From: a virus
Virus record (IMG/VR): IMGVR_UViG_3300045988_006552
Span: 1-31,886 of that record
Direction: 5' to 3' (one strand)
DNA length: 31,886 nucleotides
A program made the position numbers and the translations under genes. Below are positions 7,230 to 16,494 of the stretch, piece by piece (the stretch's first letter is position 1; the number at the start of each line of letters is the position of its first letter). Under the pieces are notes generated by a model. It had not been told where the DNA came from, searched no databases, and saw only the letters and a program-made list of their open reading frames with translations.

Positions 7230-8608
7230 ACAAACCCGAGCCTACTATTCTCAATAAGGCTCGGGTTTCCTCGGGTGAAGACCAGACTATTGAGAATCGC
7301 GCGAACATTATGGAACAAAACGGAACATTCAACCTCGTAATCCCCAAAGCATACGAAGATCTATTGTTCTTCCTCCATGACCGTGACAACCCGCCATACC
7401 GCTACTACGACTACAGCGGAGGACGTTCAAGCGCAAAAAGCACCAGCGTAGCCCTAGCACTAGCACTCGAAGCCAGCATGTACCCAACCCGCATCCTATG
7501 CACCCGCGAATTCCAGAACAGCATTCAGGAAAGCGTCAAACAGCTCCTAGCCGACATCATCAGCCGTTATCAGCTTCCCGGTTTCACCATCACCCGCGAA
7601 CAGATAACCCACGTGAACGGAAGCGTGTTCTGGTTCAAAGGCTTGCACGAAGACCCGGAAAGCACACTAAAAGGCATCGAAGGCGTAGACCGGTGCTGGA
7701 TCGAAGAAGCCCAGTTCATCACCGACCACAGCCTAGACGTGTTGCTCCCGACCATCCGAAAGAACGGCAGCACCATCATCTTCACCCGCAACCCCCTGAC
7801 CCCGGAGGATGCGATAACCACCCGTTTCGTCACACACCCCAGCCAGCTCACCCAACAGCGCACCACCCACCATCACACCACATGGCGGGACGCGGAACAG
7901 GCCGGGATCCTTCCAGAGGAAATCAAACGGCAGGTCGAGGAATCACGAAACAACCCAGACTTCGCGCACATCTGGGAGGGAATGCCATACGAGAAAACCA
8001 TCAACCAGATCATAAGCTGGCAGCAACTCGCAGACGCGACCGAACGCCAACCGCAAACAGACGGAGGCGTAAGCTTCGGCGTTGACGTGGCACGATACGG
8101 AGCCGACCGAACCGCCGTAGCCATCGTAAAAGGACGCCACCTAGTAGATCTCGTGAGCTGGAACAAAACAAGTCTCGTGGAAACAGCGGAACGCATAATC
8201 ACCCTTGCCGGAACACATCACCCAAACATCATCAACGTGGACGATACCGGCGTGGGCGGAGGCGTGACAGACATCCTCCGCAGCCGAAGCCAACCCGTGA
8301 ACGGCGTCAACTTCGGAGCCAAACCCAAACACCCCGACCGTTACCCGGCAGTCAGTTCGGAACTATGGTTCGAGTTCGCTGAACAGCTTCCTGAAATCAC
8401 CATCAACCCGAGTCTGGAACACCGTGCCGAACTGTTTCAGGAACTCAGCACCCGCGAATGGACGATCAACAACCGGAATCTACGCGAAGTGCAGCGGAAG
8501 AAAGACTACAAAACAGAGAACCAGACCGGAAGCCCCGATCTGGCCGATAGCGTCCTTCTCGCCTACTACAAGCCGCTCCAACTCCCATCATGGGATGTTG
8601 CTGTTTGA
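7226..8608 (+). CDS. terL: terminase large subunit (PBSX-like family)
   Basis: Walker A-like YSGGRSSAKSTS and Walker B-like DRCWIEEAQF, with a C-terminal nuclease region. The GTG at 7226 overlaps the terS stop; the ATG at 7310 is an alternative start. Confidence 0.85.
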   Translation: MNKPEPTILNKARVSSGEDQTIENRANIMEQNGTFNLVIPKAYEDLLFFLHDRDNPPYRYYDYSGGRSSAKSTSVALALALEASMYPTRILCTREFQNSIQESVKQLLADIISRYQLPGFTITREQITHVNGSVFWFKGLHEDPESTLKGIEGVDRCWIEEAQFITDHSLDVLLPTIRKNGSTIIFTRNPLTPEDAITTRFVTHPSQLTQQRTTHHHTTWRDAEQAGILPEEIKRQVEESRNNPDFAHIWEGMPYEKTINQIISWQQLADATERQPQTDGGVSFGVDVARYGADRTAVAIVKGRHLVDLVSWNKTSLVETAERIITLAGTHHPNIINVDDTGVGGGVTDILRSRSQPVNGVNFGAKPKHPDRYPAVSSELWFEFAEQLPEITINPSLEHRAELFQELSTREWTINNRNLREVQRKKDYKTENQTGSPDLADSVLLAYYKPLQLPSWDVAV

Positions 8609-8701
8609 GAGGTTTTAAACCATGCACAAGGTAAACTGGACACAGGTCTTCCGACGAATCGAGGAAAAGTGAGCCTGCTGAACAATCTCCGTGAAGGTTT
8701 T

Positions 8702-10756
8702 ATGAGCGCTTTCGACCGTAACCATGCGCCAAGCTCAACCCCCACACCAATGGGCGGGAACATTTGGCAGCCGATGGGCGGCAACACCATCCCCATGCAC
8801 GACACCTACGACAACGTGTTCCCATACGTGAACGCAATCGCACAACGGTTCAGCACGGTAATCCCCTACGCCGTGGACTCGGAGAACCGGCGTATTGAAC
8901 CGGCTCCCGCACCGTTGGCCGCACTCTACGCGCCAAACGACACTTATAGCTGCCTCGAATTTCTGAAACTTATCTCCGTCAGTATCCTCACTCAATCTCA
9001 TGTGGACGTGCTGATCTGGACGACGAACGGCCCCGGTGGAGACATCACCCCAACGAACATCATCGGGTACACGCTTCTGCCGTCGAACAGTCGCCAATAC
9101 AATTCCTCCCGCTCGGACTGGTATCACCGCGTCACAATGGACTTGGGCGACGGCGAACGAGTCTACGAATTCTCCCGAAACGAAACCATCGCCCTCAGCT
9201 ACAGCAAGCACCCCAACGACCCGACGCGCGGCATCGCCCCAGCTATGACCGTGAAGAAGTGGGCCAACGTGGACGACATGATTGCCGACTATGAGCGTGG
9301 CTTCTTCGGCAACAACGCTGTCCCGGCTGGAATGCTCGGCATCGTTTCCGAGAACACTGAGGACTTCCAACGTAACCGCGACCGTCTCGAAAGCACGTTC
9401 CGAGGCGCAGGCAACAACAACGGGATCGTGTACAACATGATTCCGGTTGACCCGATGACCCATAAGCCCAGCACCACCAGCAAACTCGTGTGGGTTCCGT
9501 TCCAGAACGCCAACGACAGTCTGGACTTGCAGACCGTGAACGACGTGGTGAACAACAGGTTGTCGAACGCGCTCGCCGTCCCGGACATCATTCGAGGCAT
9601 CGACAACGGGCAGACCTACGCCAACGCCGAACAGGCGGAACGCGCGTTTATAGAGAACACTCTCAAGCCGTTGTGTATGACGGTATGGGATAAATGGCAG
9701 TTCGAACTTGACCGCATCACAGGAGGCTTAGGCTACGGCATCACGTTCGACCTCGACCTGCCTTCGCAGACTGATGTGGAGAAGGTGCAGGCCGACACCC
9801 AGAAAGTTCGTATAGACTCGCTGACCCAGCTCCTGAACATGGGAGCCAGTCTGGAATCCGCCGTGGACGCGCTCGGACTCCCCGACTCGTACAAGCGTCT
9901 TGACCTGCACCAGCAGGCCCCGACACTGACTATCCCAGTAACCGCAAAACGGTATAGCCGTAATATCAAACCGCAGGAAACAGCAGTCGAAAACCGTATC
10001 CTCCCAGCCACGCGAACCTACGTGAACAGAGTCATCCGAATGGCCCGACGATCCCAAAACGGGCTGCGCGACGACTTGGAAGCCATCGGAGACCAGTGGA
10101 TAAACGACGTGAAAGACGACTTGAAGGACAACCTCGCCGCCTACGCCCGCCGTACCGGCTACGAGTTGGAACAGGTCATCACCGTGTGGGCGGAACTCCA
10201 TCCCGAAAGCTCTATTGCCGTGGATATCGAGGGATACACCGCCGATGATTGGCGGCAACTCTACTTCTGGACTGAACTCCCCGCAACCGTCAGCGAAGCC
10301 TACGCGGAACACTTGCGGAGCATCGCCAAGTCCACCAGCAAGACCATTACCAACGACGTGCTCGAACTGCTGAACCGGGCCGACGTGGAACAGTGGGACG
10401 CCGAACGCCTACGCGAAGCGCTCGACCGTATGGGCAACGATCACGCCGAACTGATTGCCCGCTGCGAAACGGTGCAATCCCAGAGGATCGGCAGCTTGTA
10501 CAGCGCCCGCAACCTCAGCGAAACGCTCGGCGTCCGACTGGACAAAGTATGGCGTACCAGCGGCGACGAAAAAGTGTGCGAATTCTGCCGCCACATGGAA
10601 GGCAAACGAATCGCATTGGATGACACGTATATGGCGGAGAACGCCAGCGTAGAGATAGGCGACAAAACCTACGTGAACAACTTCGAGAGTATGCAAACAC
10701 CGAACGGACACCCCAACTGCCGATGCTACGAGGATTACGAGGTGGTCGAATCATGA
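8702..10756 (+). CDS. portal protein fused to a MuF / SPP1 gp7-like head morphogenesis domain
   Basis: The size and position fit a portal. The C-terminus has the MuF hallmarks CEFCRHMEGKRIALDD ... NGHPNCRCYEDYEV. The ATG at 8702 has RBS GAAGG; the track start is the GTG at 8669. Confidence 0.75.
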   Translation: MSAFDRNHAPSSTPTPMGGNIWQPMGGNTIPMHDTYDNVFPYVNAIAQRFSTVIPYAVDSENRRIEPAPAPLAALYAPNDTYSCLEFLKLISVSILTQSHVDVLIWTTNGPGGDITPTNIIGYTLLPSNSRQYNSSRSDWYHRVTMDLGDGERVYEFSRNETIALSYSKHPNDPTRGIAPAMTVKKWANVDDMIADYERGFFGNNAVPAGMLGIVSENTEDFQRNRDRLESTFRGAGNNNGIVYNMIPVDPMTHKPSTTSKLVWVPFQNANDSLDLQTVNDVVNNRLSNALAVPDIIRGIDNGQTYANAEQAERAFIENTLKPLCMTVWDKWQFELDRITGGLGYGITFDLDLPSQTDVEKVQADTQKVRIDSLTQLLNMGASLESAVDALGLPDSYKRLDLHQQAPTLTIPVTAKRYSRNIKPQETAVENRILPATRTYVNRVIRMARRSQNGLRDDLEAIGDQWINDVKDDLKDNLAAYARRTGYELEQVITVWAELHPESSIAVDIEGYTADDWRQLYFWTELPATVSEAYAEHLRSIAKSTSKTITNDVLELLNRADVEQWDAERLREALDRMGNDHAELIARCETVQSQRIGSLYSARNLSETLGVRLDKVWRTSGDEKVCEFCRHMEGKRIALDDTYMAENASVEIGDKTYVNNFESMQTPNGHPNCRCYEDYEVVES

Positions 10757-10893
10757 CGTATGACATCCATTGCAAACGCTGCGGACGATACCTAGGCTCC
10801 TGCACCCGCGACACGATAGTGACGCTCAAGTGTCCGAACTGCAAAGGTTTGGACACGTATCGCATCGTGCTACTATGGGGTACAGAACATTAA
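10753..10893 (+). CDS. small zinc-ribbon protein (46 aa, Com-like CxxC...CxxC)
   Basis: ATGA overlap with the portal stop. Sequence MTYDIHCKRCGRYLGSCTRDTIVTLKCPNCKGLDTYRIV. Confidence 0.45.
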   Translation: MTYDIHCKRCGRYLGSCTRDTIVTLKCPNCKGLDTYRIVLLWGTEH

Positions 10894-10941
10894 GCCCATT
10901 AAGGACGTTCGACCGCACCACTACCTATTGAAAGGTCCAAG

Positions 10942-12774
10942 ATGAAGACTCGTAAGAGCTTCGCCAACAGCGGTGCCCCAGAAACCAATGGTCGTACCCT
11001 TACCTTCCTTGCTAACAGCGGCAAAGTAATGTGCGACGGACTCACCGTAGACCTGAAGACACTGAAAGCGCCGTTAATCGACGGCACCCTGAAACTCGTG
11101 TCCGACCTCACCGAGTCCGACAAACTATCCCTACCGTTGCTAATCGACCACATGCCCAGCATCGAATGCCAAGCAGGCGCAATCACCAGACTTTGGATGA
11201 CCGATGATGGACTAATGGCCGAAGCGAAACTCAGCGAGGTAGATCAAGGCGAACGTATCCGCCAGCTTGCCGCAGACGGATGCCTGACCAACAGTTTCAG
11301 CATCACCGTTGAATTCAACAAGCGTCCCGGCAAGGACGGCATCATCCACGATGGCGAACTACTGGAAATCAGCGTCGTCTATCGTGGTGCCGACCCAAGG
11401 GCCGCTTTCACCGCAATCAACAGCCGCAACAACAACACGAATGGAGACACCATGAACCCGGAACTCCTGAAGAAACTGGCGCGTACCATCGCCCAGTTCA
11501 AACTCACGCCGGACGAGGCGGAACAGCTCACCAACAGCATCGGTGACATCATGCAGGGAGCTCTCGATGACATCACCGAAGCCATCGGAGAACAGTCCGA
11601 CTCGAACAATCAGGAAAACACTCCGGCACCGGAGGAACCCGTGCAGACTTCCAACGGCCGCCAGACCATCATCATCAACAAGGCCAACCACGCCGCCCAC
11701 CAGTCGGGTACCGTGAAGTTCTCCCACGACCGTAAGACATGGCTCGACTCCGACGATGCCATGATCGCGTTCGAGCGTGCCCTAATCGACACTGACAACA
11801 AGGGTGTCGAAGCGTTCCAACGTGAGTGGGCTGACACCGTGAACCGTAACATGTCGGACACCGCATCGTTCGGCGTTGACGCCACCGACGTGACCAAGTT
11901 CATCCCGACCGAAGCCATCACCACAATCTCGGACGCTTTGAACACGCGCGGCTCCGGCCTGTGGAACATGCTGCGCAAGACCGGCATGGATCGCCTCACC
12001 ATCGGCGGCAATATCGCCGGTCTGACCGAACAGACCCGCGCACACGGCTATCCGGTGGCCTCCTACGGCACGAAGAAGAAGGAACAGGTGCTTTCGTTCG
12101 TGAAGCGTGAGCTTCAGGCCGACTACACCTACAAGTACATCACCCTGAACAAGGGTGACATCCGCCGCACCCAGCGTCCGGGCGCTCTGCTCCGCTACGT
12201 GCTTCAGGAACTCCCGAACTACATCGTCCAGACCATCGAACGTCAGATTACGCTCGGCGGTTACACGGATATGGCGCACTTCCGTAGCGTCGTGACCGAC
12301 GCGGGAGACAATTCGTCCGATTGGAAGGGCAACCGTTTCGCGCTCTCCTACACCATGACGGACGCGTCTCCGCTGATGGACTTCGTGCGTGCCTCCCACA
12401 TGGTTCGAGCGCAGGGCAACAAGGTGCTGCTGTGCAACGCTGACACTGTAGCCGACCTGCTGATGTCCGCGAACGCGAACGGCAACACGTACATCGCTCT
12501 CGGCGGTGACGATACTCTGGCCCGCGCTCTCGGCGTCCAGCAGATCATCACCCCTGAATGGTGGACGGATACGGACGATACCACCACTATGGGTGTCATC
12601 ATGTCCGCGTCCCACTATGCGGTGGTCGGTGATACGTCCATCGAAGCGTTCACGAACTTCGCGCTGTCCACGAACACCAACGAGTATCTTCAGGAGATCT
12701 ATGCTGGTGGTGGTCTGGACGCGGAGAAGTCCGCCGTGGTCATCAAGCCGAAGGGTAAGAGTGATGAACGCTGA
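10942..12774 (+). CDS. prohead protease - scaffold-like linker - HK97-fold major capsid protein fusion
   Basis: The N-terminal ~160 aa look like an HK97/S78 prohead protease (LLIDHMPS..., NSFSITVEF, EISVVYRGADP). A helical acidic linker follows, then a C-terminal ~330 aa of capsid-like sequence. It lies between the portal and head-tail joining genes. Confidence 0.7.
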   Translation: MKTRKSFANSGAPETNGRTLTFLANSGKVMCDGLTVDLKTLKAPLIDGTLKLVSDLTESDKLSLPLLIDHMPSIECQAGAITRLWMTDDGLMAEAKLSEVDQGERIRQLAADGCLTNSFSITVEFNKRPGKDGIIHDGELLEISVVYRGADPRAAFTAINSRNNNTNGDTMNPELLKKLARTIAQFKLTPDEAEQLTNSIGDIMQGALDDITEAIGEQSDSNNQENTPAPEEPVQTSNGRQTIIINKANHAAHQSGTVKFSHDRKTWLDSDDAMIAFERALIDTDNKGVEAFQREWADTVNRNMSDTASFGVDATDVTKFIPTEAITTISDALNTRGSGLWNMLRKTGMDRLTIGGNIAGLTEQTRAHGYPVASYGTKKKEQVLSFVKRELQADYTYKYITLNKGDIRRTQRPGALLRYVLQELPNYIVQTIERQITLGGYTDMAHFRSVVTDAGDNSSDWKGNRFALSYTMTDASPLMDFVRASHMVRAQGNKVLLCNADTVADLLMSANANGNTYIALGGDDTLARALGVQQIITPEWWTDTDDTTTMGVIMSASHYAVVGDTSIEAFTNFALSTNTNEYLQEIYAGGGLDAEKSAVVIKPKGKSDER

Positions 12775-12958
12775 AATGTACGCACGAGTCGGCGGCAAGG
12801 CGCTGTCCGAAGACAACCTGAACACGGTTAAGACCATCAACTTTGTGGATGAAGAGGGTCAGCCTATCGGTAAGGCCGCTCACGTTGACCCGTCGTCCGG
12901 CACAGTAACGCAAGTGGTGAACGCTCTGATCGCCGCAGGCTTGATGGCGTCCTCCTGA
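12764..12958 (+). CDS. hypothetical head-associated protein (64 aa)
   Basis: The ATG at 12764 overlaps the capsid gene end. In frame within track ORF 12506..12958. Confidence 0.45.
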   Translation: MNAEMYARVGGKALSEDNLNTVKTINFVDEEGQPIGKAAHVDPSSGTVTQVVNALIAAGLMASS

Positions 12959-12993
12959 CCGACTATCCTAAAAGTAGCGGGACTGCACCGCAA

Positions 12994-13025
12994 AGGCCCT
13001 ATCTCCTACAATGGAGGTAGGGCCT
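12994..13025 (+). terminator. stem-loop after the capsid module (possible terminator or attenuator)
   Basis: aggccctatctcc - tacaat - ggaggtagggcct, a 13-bp stem with one G-U pair. There is no strong T tract. Confidence 0.4.
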
Positions 13026-13049
13026 AACTCATTTCCGGAAGGATCAGAC

Positions 13050-13712
13050 ATGGACATCGACGCCAGTGTAATCAAACAAATTGAAGACGCCAACTACGCA
13101 CGGTGGAAGGATGCCGCGCTCGCAGACCTCGCCAACATTCTATGCCAAAAAGCCCTGTCCCAGCTTACTGATGATTACGTGGGAATCGTCGTAGGAGATG
13201 GCCGTCACATAGCCCTTTTGGCATGGTATTCGGAGGTGACCAACGTGCAGACCACCGACGGAGTGAAACTCGATTTCCATGTGAACTATAATATGGGCGA
13301 CGGGTGGAAGCCAGAAACCAAGTACGCGAACTATCTGACCATCACGGAACGTCTTAATGTCGGCACGGTAGTAACCGTGACGGGAACGCACGGGTTCGCC
13401 AAGCTCCCCGCCCCATTATCTTCAGTCTTGACGGCGATCATCGAGGCAGACCAGAACATTCTTGAACAGACCGACCGTATCACCTCGAAGAGTATCGAGG
13501 ATGTGAGCGTGAGTTACGCAACGGTCAACGAGACCGCAATTGAACGTGCGTTGACCCCTTACCAGTCTCTTATCAGCCAATGGAGCCTATGCCATAACGG
13601 CGTAGATAGCGGCGGTATCCTCTCCATGCCTCGCAAACACCATAATCTGCCGTGGTGGTTGAACGCTCAGGATTACGTGGGAGGTGACTACGCTTATGGC
13701 AACGCTCTGTGA
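13050..13712 (+). CDS. head-tail adaptor/connector (putative, by position)
   Basis: RBS GGAAGGA, then the ATG at 13050 (MDIDASV). The track start at 13011 lies inside the hairpin. Confidence 0.4.
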   Translation: MDIDASVIKQIEDANYARWKDAALADLANILCQKALSQLTDDYVGIVVGDGRHIALLAWYSEVTNVQTTDGVKLDFHVNYNMGDGWKPETKYANYLTITERLNVGTVVTVTGTHGFAKLPAPLSSVLTAIIEADQNILEQTDRITSKSIEDVSVSYATVNETAIERALTPYQSLISQWSLCHNGVDSGGILSMPRKHHNLPWWLNAQDYVGGDYAYGNAL

Positions 13713-14067
13713 CCCGTTCCGCTTGTTCCCTAACCAAGTACAGACGGCGACGCTTTGGCGGTACACTGCTCCCGGTCTGCCGAACGAACGACTGGCCGAC
13801 TTGCAGGTGATTGTGAAGCACTCCACCCAGTCCGACCAGCCGACTGAATACGGTTCGCGTATCAGCAGCAGACGCTTCCACATCCAAACTGACACGGTTC
13901 CCGAAAGTCTGCTGGGAAACATGGAACTATGGCCCGACCTGATGCTGGAACTGTCCGATGGCAGAGTGTACCAAGTCACGCAAGCCAGTCGCGGCGATGA
14001 CATGGACATGGGTGAGACCCGGTTCATAACCGTGTATGGGAACCCGTATGGCAGGGACAGCATATGA
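13696..14067 (+). CDS. head closure / head-tail joining protein (putative)
   Basis: Size, position and overlapping gene ends. ATG at 13696 (the track GTG at 13684 is an alternative). Confidence 0.45.
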   Translation: MATLCDPFRLFPNQVQTATLWRYTAPGLPNERLADLQVIVKHSTQSDQPTEYGSRISSRRFHIQTDTVPESLLGNMELWPDLMLELSDGRVYQVTQASRGDDMDMGETRFITVYGNPYGRDSI

Positions 14068-14387
14068 GCTACCGGTTACAGTTGTCCTCTGATTGGGCGC
14101 GTAAGCTCTCCACCCAACAGTTGAACAAGGGTGGCGTGAGAATGATGACGGACATCCTAAAGATGGCCCGTCAGAACGCTCCCGTACTCACCGGCGCTTT
14201 GCGTAACAGTGGCCGTTTCCAACAAGTGTCCACGCTCAAGTGGCGTATCACGTTCGGCAACAGTCGCGTGCCTTACGCGCGTATCCGCGAACATATGAAC
14301 CGGTTGCATCCGAACACGGTACGCTACCTCCAGCGGGCGCGGAACACTGCCGCAAGCCGTGTGAAATCGTATTTCAACCTAGGATAG
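14064..14387 (+). CDS. HK97 gp10-like tail-head joining protein
   Basis: Motif APVLTGALRNSG. ATGA overlap with the upstream gene. Confidence 0.6.
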   Translation: MSYRLQLSSDWARKLSTQQLNKGGVRMMTDILKMARQNAPVLTGALRNSGRFQQVSTLKWRITFGNSRVPYARIREHMNRLHPNTVRYLQRARNTAASRVKSYFNLG

Positions 14388-14397
14388 GAGCGACATC

Positions 14398-14826
14398 ATG
14401 ATTGATCTGGCCATGTGCATGACCCTACAAAACGAGGGTTTCGGCACTTACGGCAAAACACTGTTCTTCGGCACTAGTCCCGTATTGGACACTGGTAGCG
14501 TCACGAACGCCGAGGGAATCTGGGTTAACGCGAACACCGTGGACATCAACGGCGACCTATACACCGACCAGCTCACAGTCAGCAGCCGATACTTCGACGT
14601 GATCGAACAAGGGCGTCTGATGCTCCGACTCCTGCACTTCATTAACAATCGTCTGCATGACTATTGCCGACTCACCTGCAACCCCATTGCTGATATTGAC
14701 TTTGTATCAATCCGCGTGCATCCGGCGACCGCGATAGACATGGACGCCATCGACGGTGAAGGGCGCTGGGTGAAAAGCATCCGATTCAATATTGATTACA
14801 AGCTCCCCATCGAAACGGTAGAATAG
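14398..14826 (+). CDS. tail terminator / minor capsid-like protein (putative)
   Basis: Sits directly upstream of the major tail gene. RBS TAGGAG. Confidence 0.4.
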   Translation: MIDLAMCMTLQNEGFGTYGKTLFFGTSPVLDTGSVTNAEGIWVNANTVDINGDLYTDQLTVSSRYFDVIEQGRLMLRLLHFINNRLHDYCRLTCNPIADIDFVSIRVHPATAIDMDAIDGEGRWVKSIRFNIDYKLPIETVE

Positions 14827-14878
14827 GAACCGTCCATTAGTCGCGCGTGTGCAGTCCCGCCCGACGAAAGGACAAACA

Positions 14879-15700
14879 ATGGCATCCTACCCACTCATCG
14901 GCAAGAAGACAGTATACATTGACGATTTGGTTATTTCACCCGACTTCGTGCAGGATGAAGTAGGCAATATCACCCTTACCCCCGGCACGACCGAGGTGGC
15001 TTCACAGTCCGGCACCATCAACGTGCCGAACGGCTCCTACGAGGAAATGAGTTTTGAGCTGAACATCATCTGCCCGAGCGTCCGCTTCCTTGGCATGTTG
15101 TTCCCCGAGCTGTATCATAACGCGAAGTTCAAGCGTGTTATCTCCGGTTCGATGTCCGAAACCGGTCAGGTACGTTTCGGCGGCAACGAATGCGTATCGA
15201 ACACTCCGCGTGACATCATCATTCATAACGTGTGCGATGGCCATTCCTCCGCTCAGGACTTCCGTATCCCGCAGGCGCTTATCAGCGCTGGCGGCGAGTT
15301 CACCGTGAGCCTGTCCGACCCGTTCGTGGTCACGCTCTCCGGTTCGATGACTCCCGGGGCGAACGGTGCCGTGGTCATGGGCGAACTTGATCTGGATAAC
15401 CCGTCGTATTATGACGAGGATTCCGGCACCATCAAGACGGAAGACGTTCAGATCGCAGCGCTTACCGCGTCCCCGACAAACATTTCCGGCAAAGTCAACG
15501 ATCATGTGACGGTCAATGTGGTGGCCTCCCCGAACGGTGCGACTGGCAGCATCACCGCCACCGTGGATGAAACCGCTAAAGCTTCCGCTAAGGACAATGG
15601 TGATGGCACTTGGGATATTCAGCTGAAGCAGACCGGTAATGGTACCGTCACGTTCAAGAGCGGCAGTGTGCAGACCGTGGTTAACTTCAATATCAAGTAA
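14879..15700 (+). CDS. major tail protein with a C-terminal Ig-like domain
   Basis: RBS GAAAGGA, then ATG at 14879. The C-terminus VTVNVVASPNGATGSITATVDETAKASAKDNGDGTWDIQLKQTGNGTVTFKSGSVQ is Big_2-like. A strong hairpin follows. Confidence 0.65.
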   Translation: MASYPLIGKKTVYIDDLVISPDFVQDEVGNITLTPGTTEVASQSGTINVPNGSYEEMSFELNIICPSVRFLGMLFPELYHNAKFKRVISGSMSETGQVRFGGNECVSNTPRDIIIHNVCDGHSSAQDFRIPQALISAGGEFTVSLSDPFVVTLSGSMTPGANGAVVMGELDLDNPSYYDEDSGTIKTEDVQIAALTASPTNISGKVNDHVTVNVVASPNGATGSITATVDETAKASAKDNGDGTWDIQLKQTGNGTVTFKSGSVQTVVNFNIK

Positions 15701-15715
15701 GTGAGCCATAAGTAA

Positions 15716-15745
15716 CGCCCGCCACCAGAATTGTGGTGGCGGGCG
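15716..15745 (+). terminator. strong stem-loop after the major tail gene
   Basis: cgcccgccacca - gaattg - tggtggcgggcg, a perfect 12-bp stem. The T tract is weak. Confidence 0.55.
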
Positions 15746-15810
15746 CATGAGAGAATAGATCCCTACAAGGGGAACATGATCAATGATATCACACGATTGG
15801 AGCAAAGATA

Positions 15811-16164
15811 ATGACTAACCCGGTTTTGAGCATCGACACCCGAGAAGCGTTCCGCACCCTCACCGTGAAAATCGACGGCACCGTGTACACCATGAGACCG
15901 TTAGGCTCGAAAGACATGCTCACGATCTTGGATAACGCTGAAACAATCGACAAGCTGAACGCTGGCGTAACGAACCGTGAGACTTTGGAAACCGCCGAAA
16001 AGATTATCTTCCCACTGGTCGAATCACTTATGAGTCCAGCCGATAAATTCTCCGAGTGGACTGAACAGACTCGTAAGCGTAGTGATCTCGCCTATCAGCG
16101 TGCCATGACCGCGTTGTGCGGGCTTATGGCGAAGAACATCACGGTTGACATCAAGGGCGAATAA
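15811..16164 (+). CDS. tail assembly chaperone (gpG-like, by position)
   Basis: 117-aa acidic ORF between the major tail and tape measure genes. Confidence 0.6.
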   Translation: MTNPVLSIDTREAFRTLTVKIDGTVYTMRPLGSKDMLTILDNAETIDKLNAGVTNRETLETAEKIIFPLVESLMSPADKFSEWTEQTRKRSDLAYQRAMTALCGLMAKNITVDIKGE

Positions 16165-16494
16165 ATGAAGTCGTGGGATAGCCTGCTTACTCCCGCCGAG
16201 CGGGAGGCGATGAAGAGTTACAAGCAGAAGGAGGCGGCTCGCAAGCCGCTTCCGAGCGTTCATATCCTCGCCGAATTGGGTGACTTGTATGGGTGGCAGG
16301 CTATCCGCGACGTGTTGGAAAACAATGTTGATTCCTCTCTGATGATGAACCTGCTTAGGGAGGGACGTCGTATCCGATGGCGTCGACTGGCGGAACAATA
16401 TCTCATGACGTTCGATTGCATCGCCGCCGCGTTCAGCAAGCATGGCGACCGCAGGATTAACACGATTATCGAAAAACTCGGGAAGGACGTGTGA
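16165..16494 (+). CDS. second tail assembly chaperone ORF (gpT-like position), in the same frame as the previous ORF
   Basis: Its ATG directly follows the TAA at 16162..16164. Both start coordinates are 1 mod 3. Confidence 0.55.
   Translation: MKSWDSLLTPAEREAMKSYKQKEAARKPLPSVHILAELGDLYGWQAIRDVLENNVDSSLMMNLLREGRRIRWRRLAEQYLMTFDCIAAAFSKHGDRRINTIIEKLGKDV

Noticed and set aside
11782-12840. Long antisense ORFs. Examples: 11782..12840(-) 352 aa, 29305..30357(+) 350 aa, 15002..15805(-), 8735..9463(-), 20065..20703(-), 24620..25423(-), 18117..18749(-).
   Set aside because: Each lies entirely opposite a gene with clear homology motifs and proper RBS and overlap signals. Their translations are Arg/Gly/Val/His-rich low-complexity sequence, typical of shadow ORFs in GC-rich DNA, and they lack RBSs.
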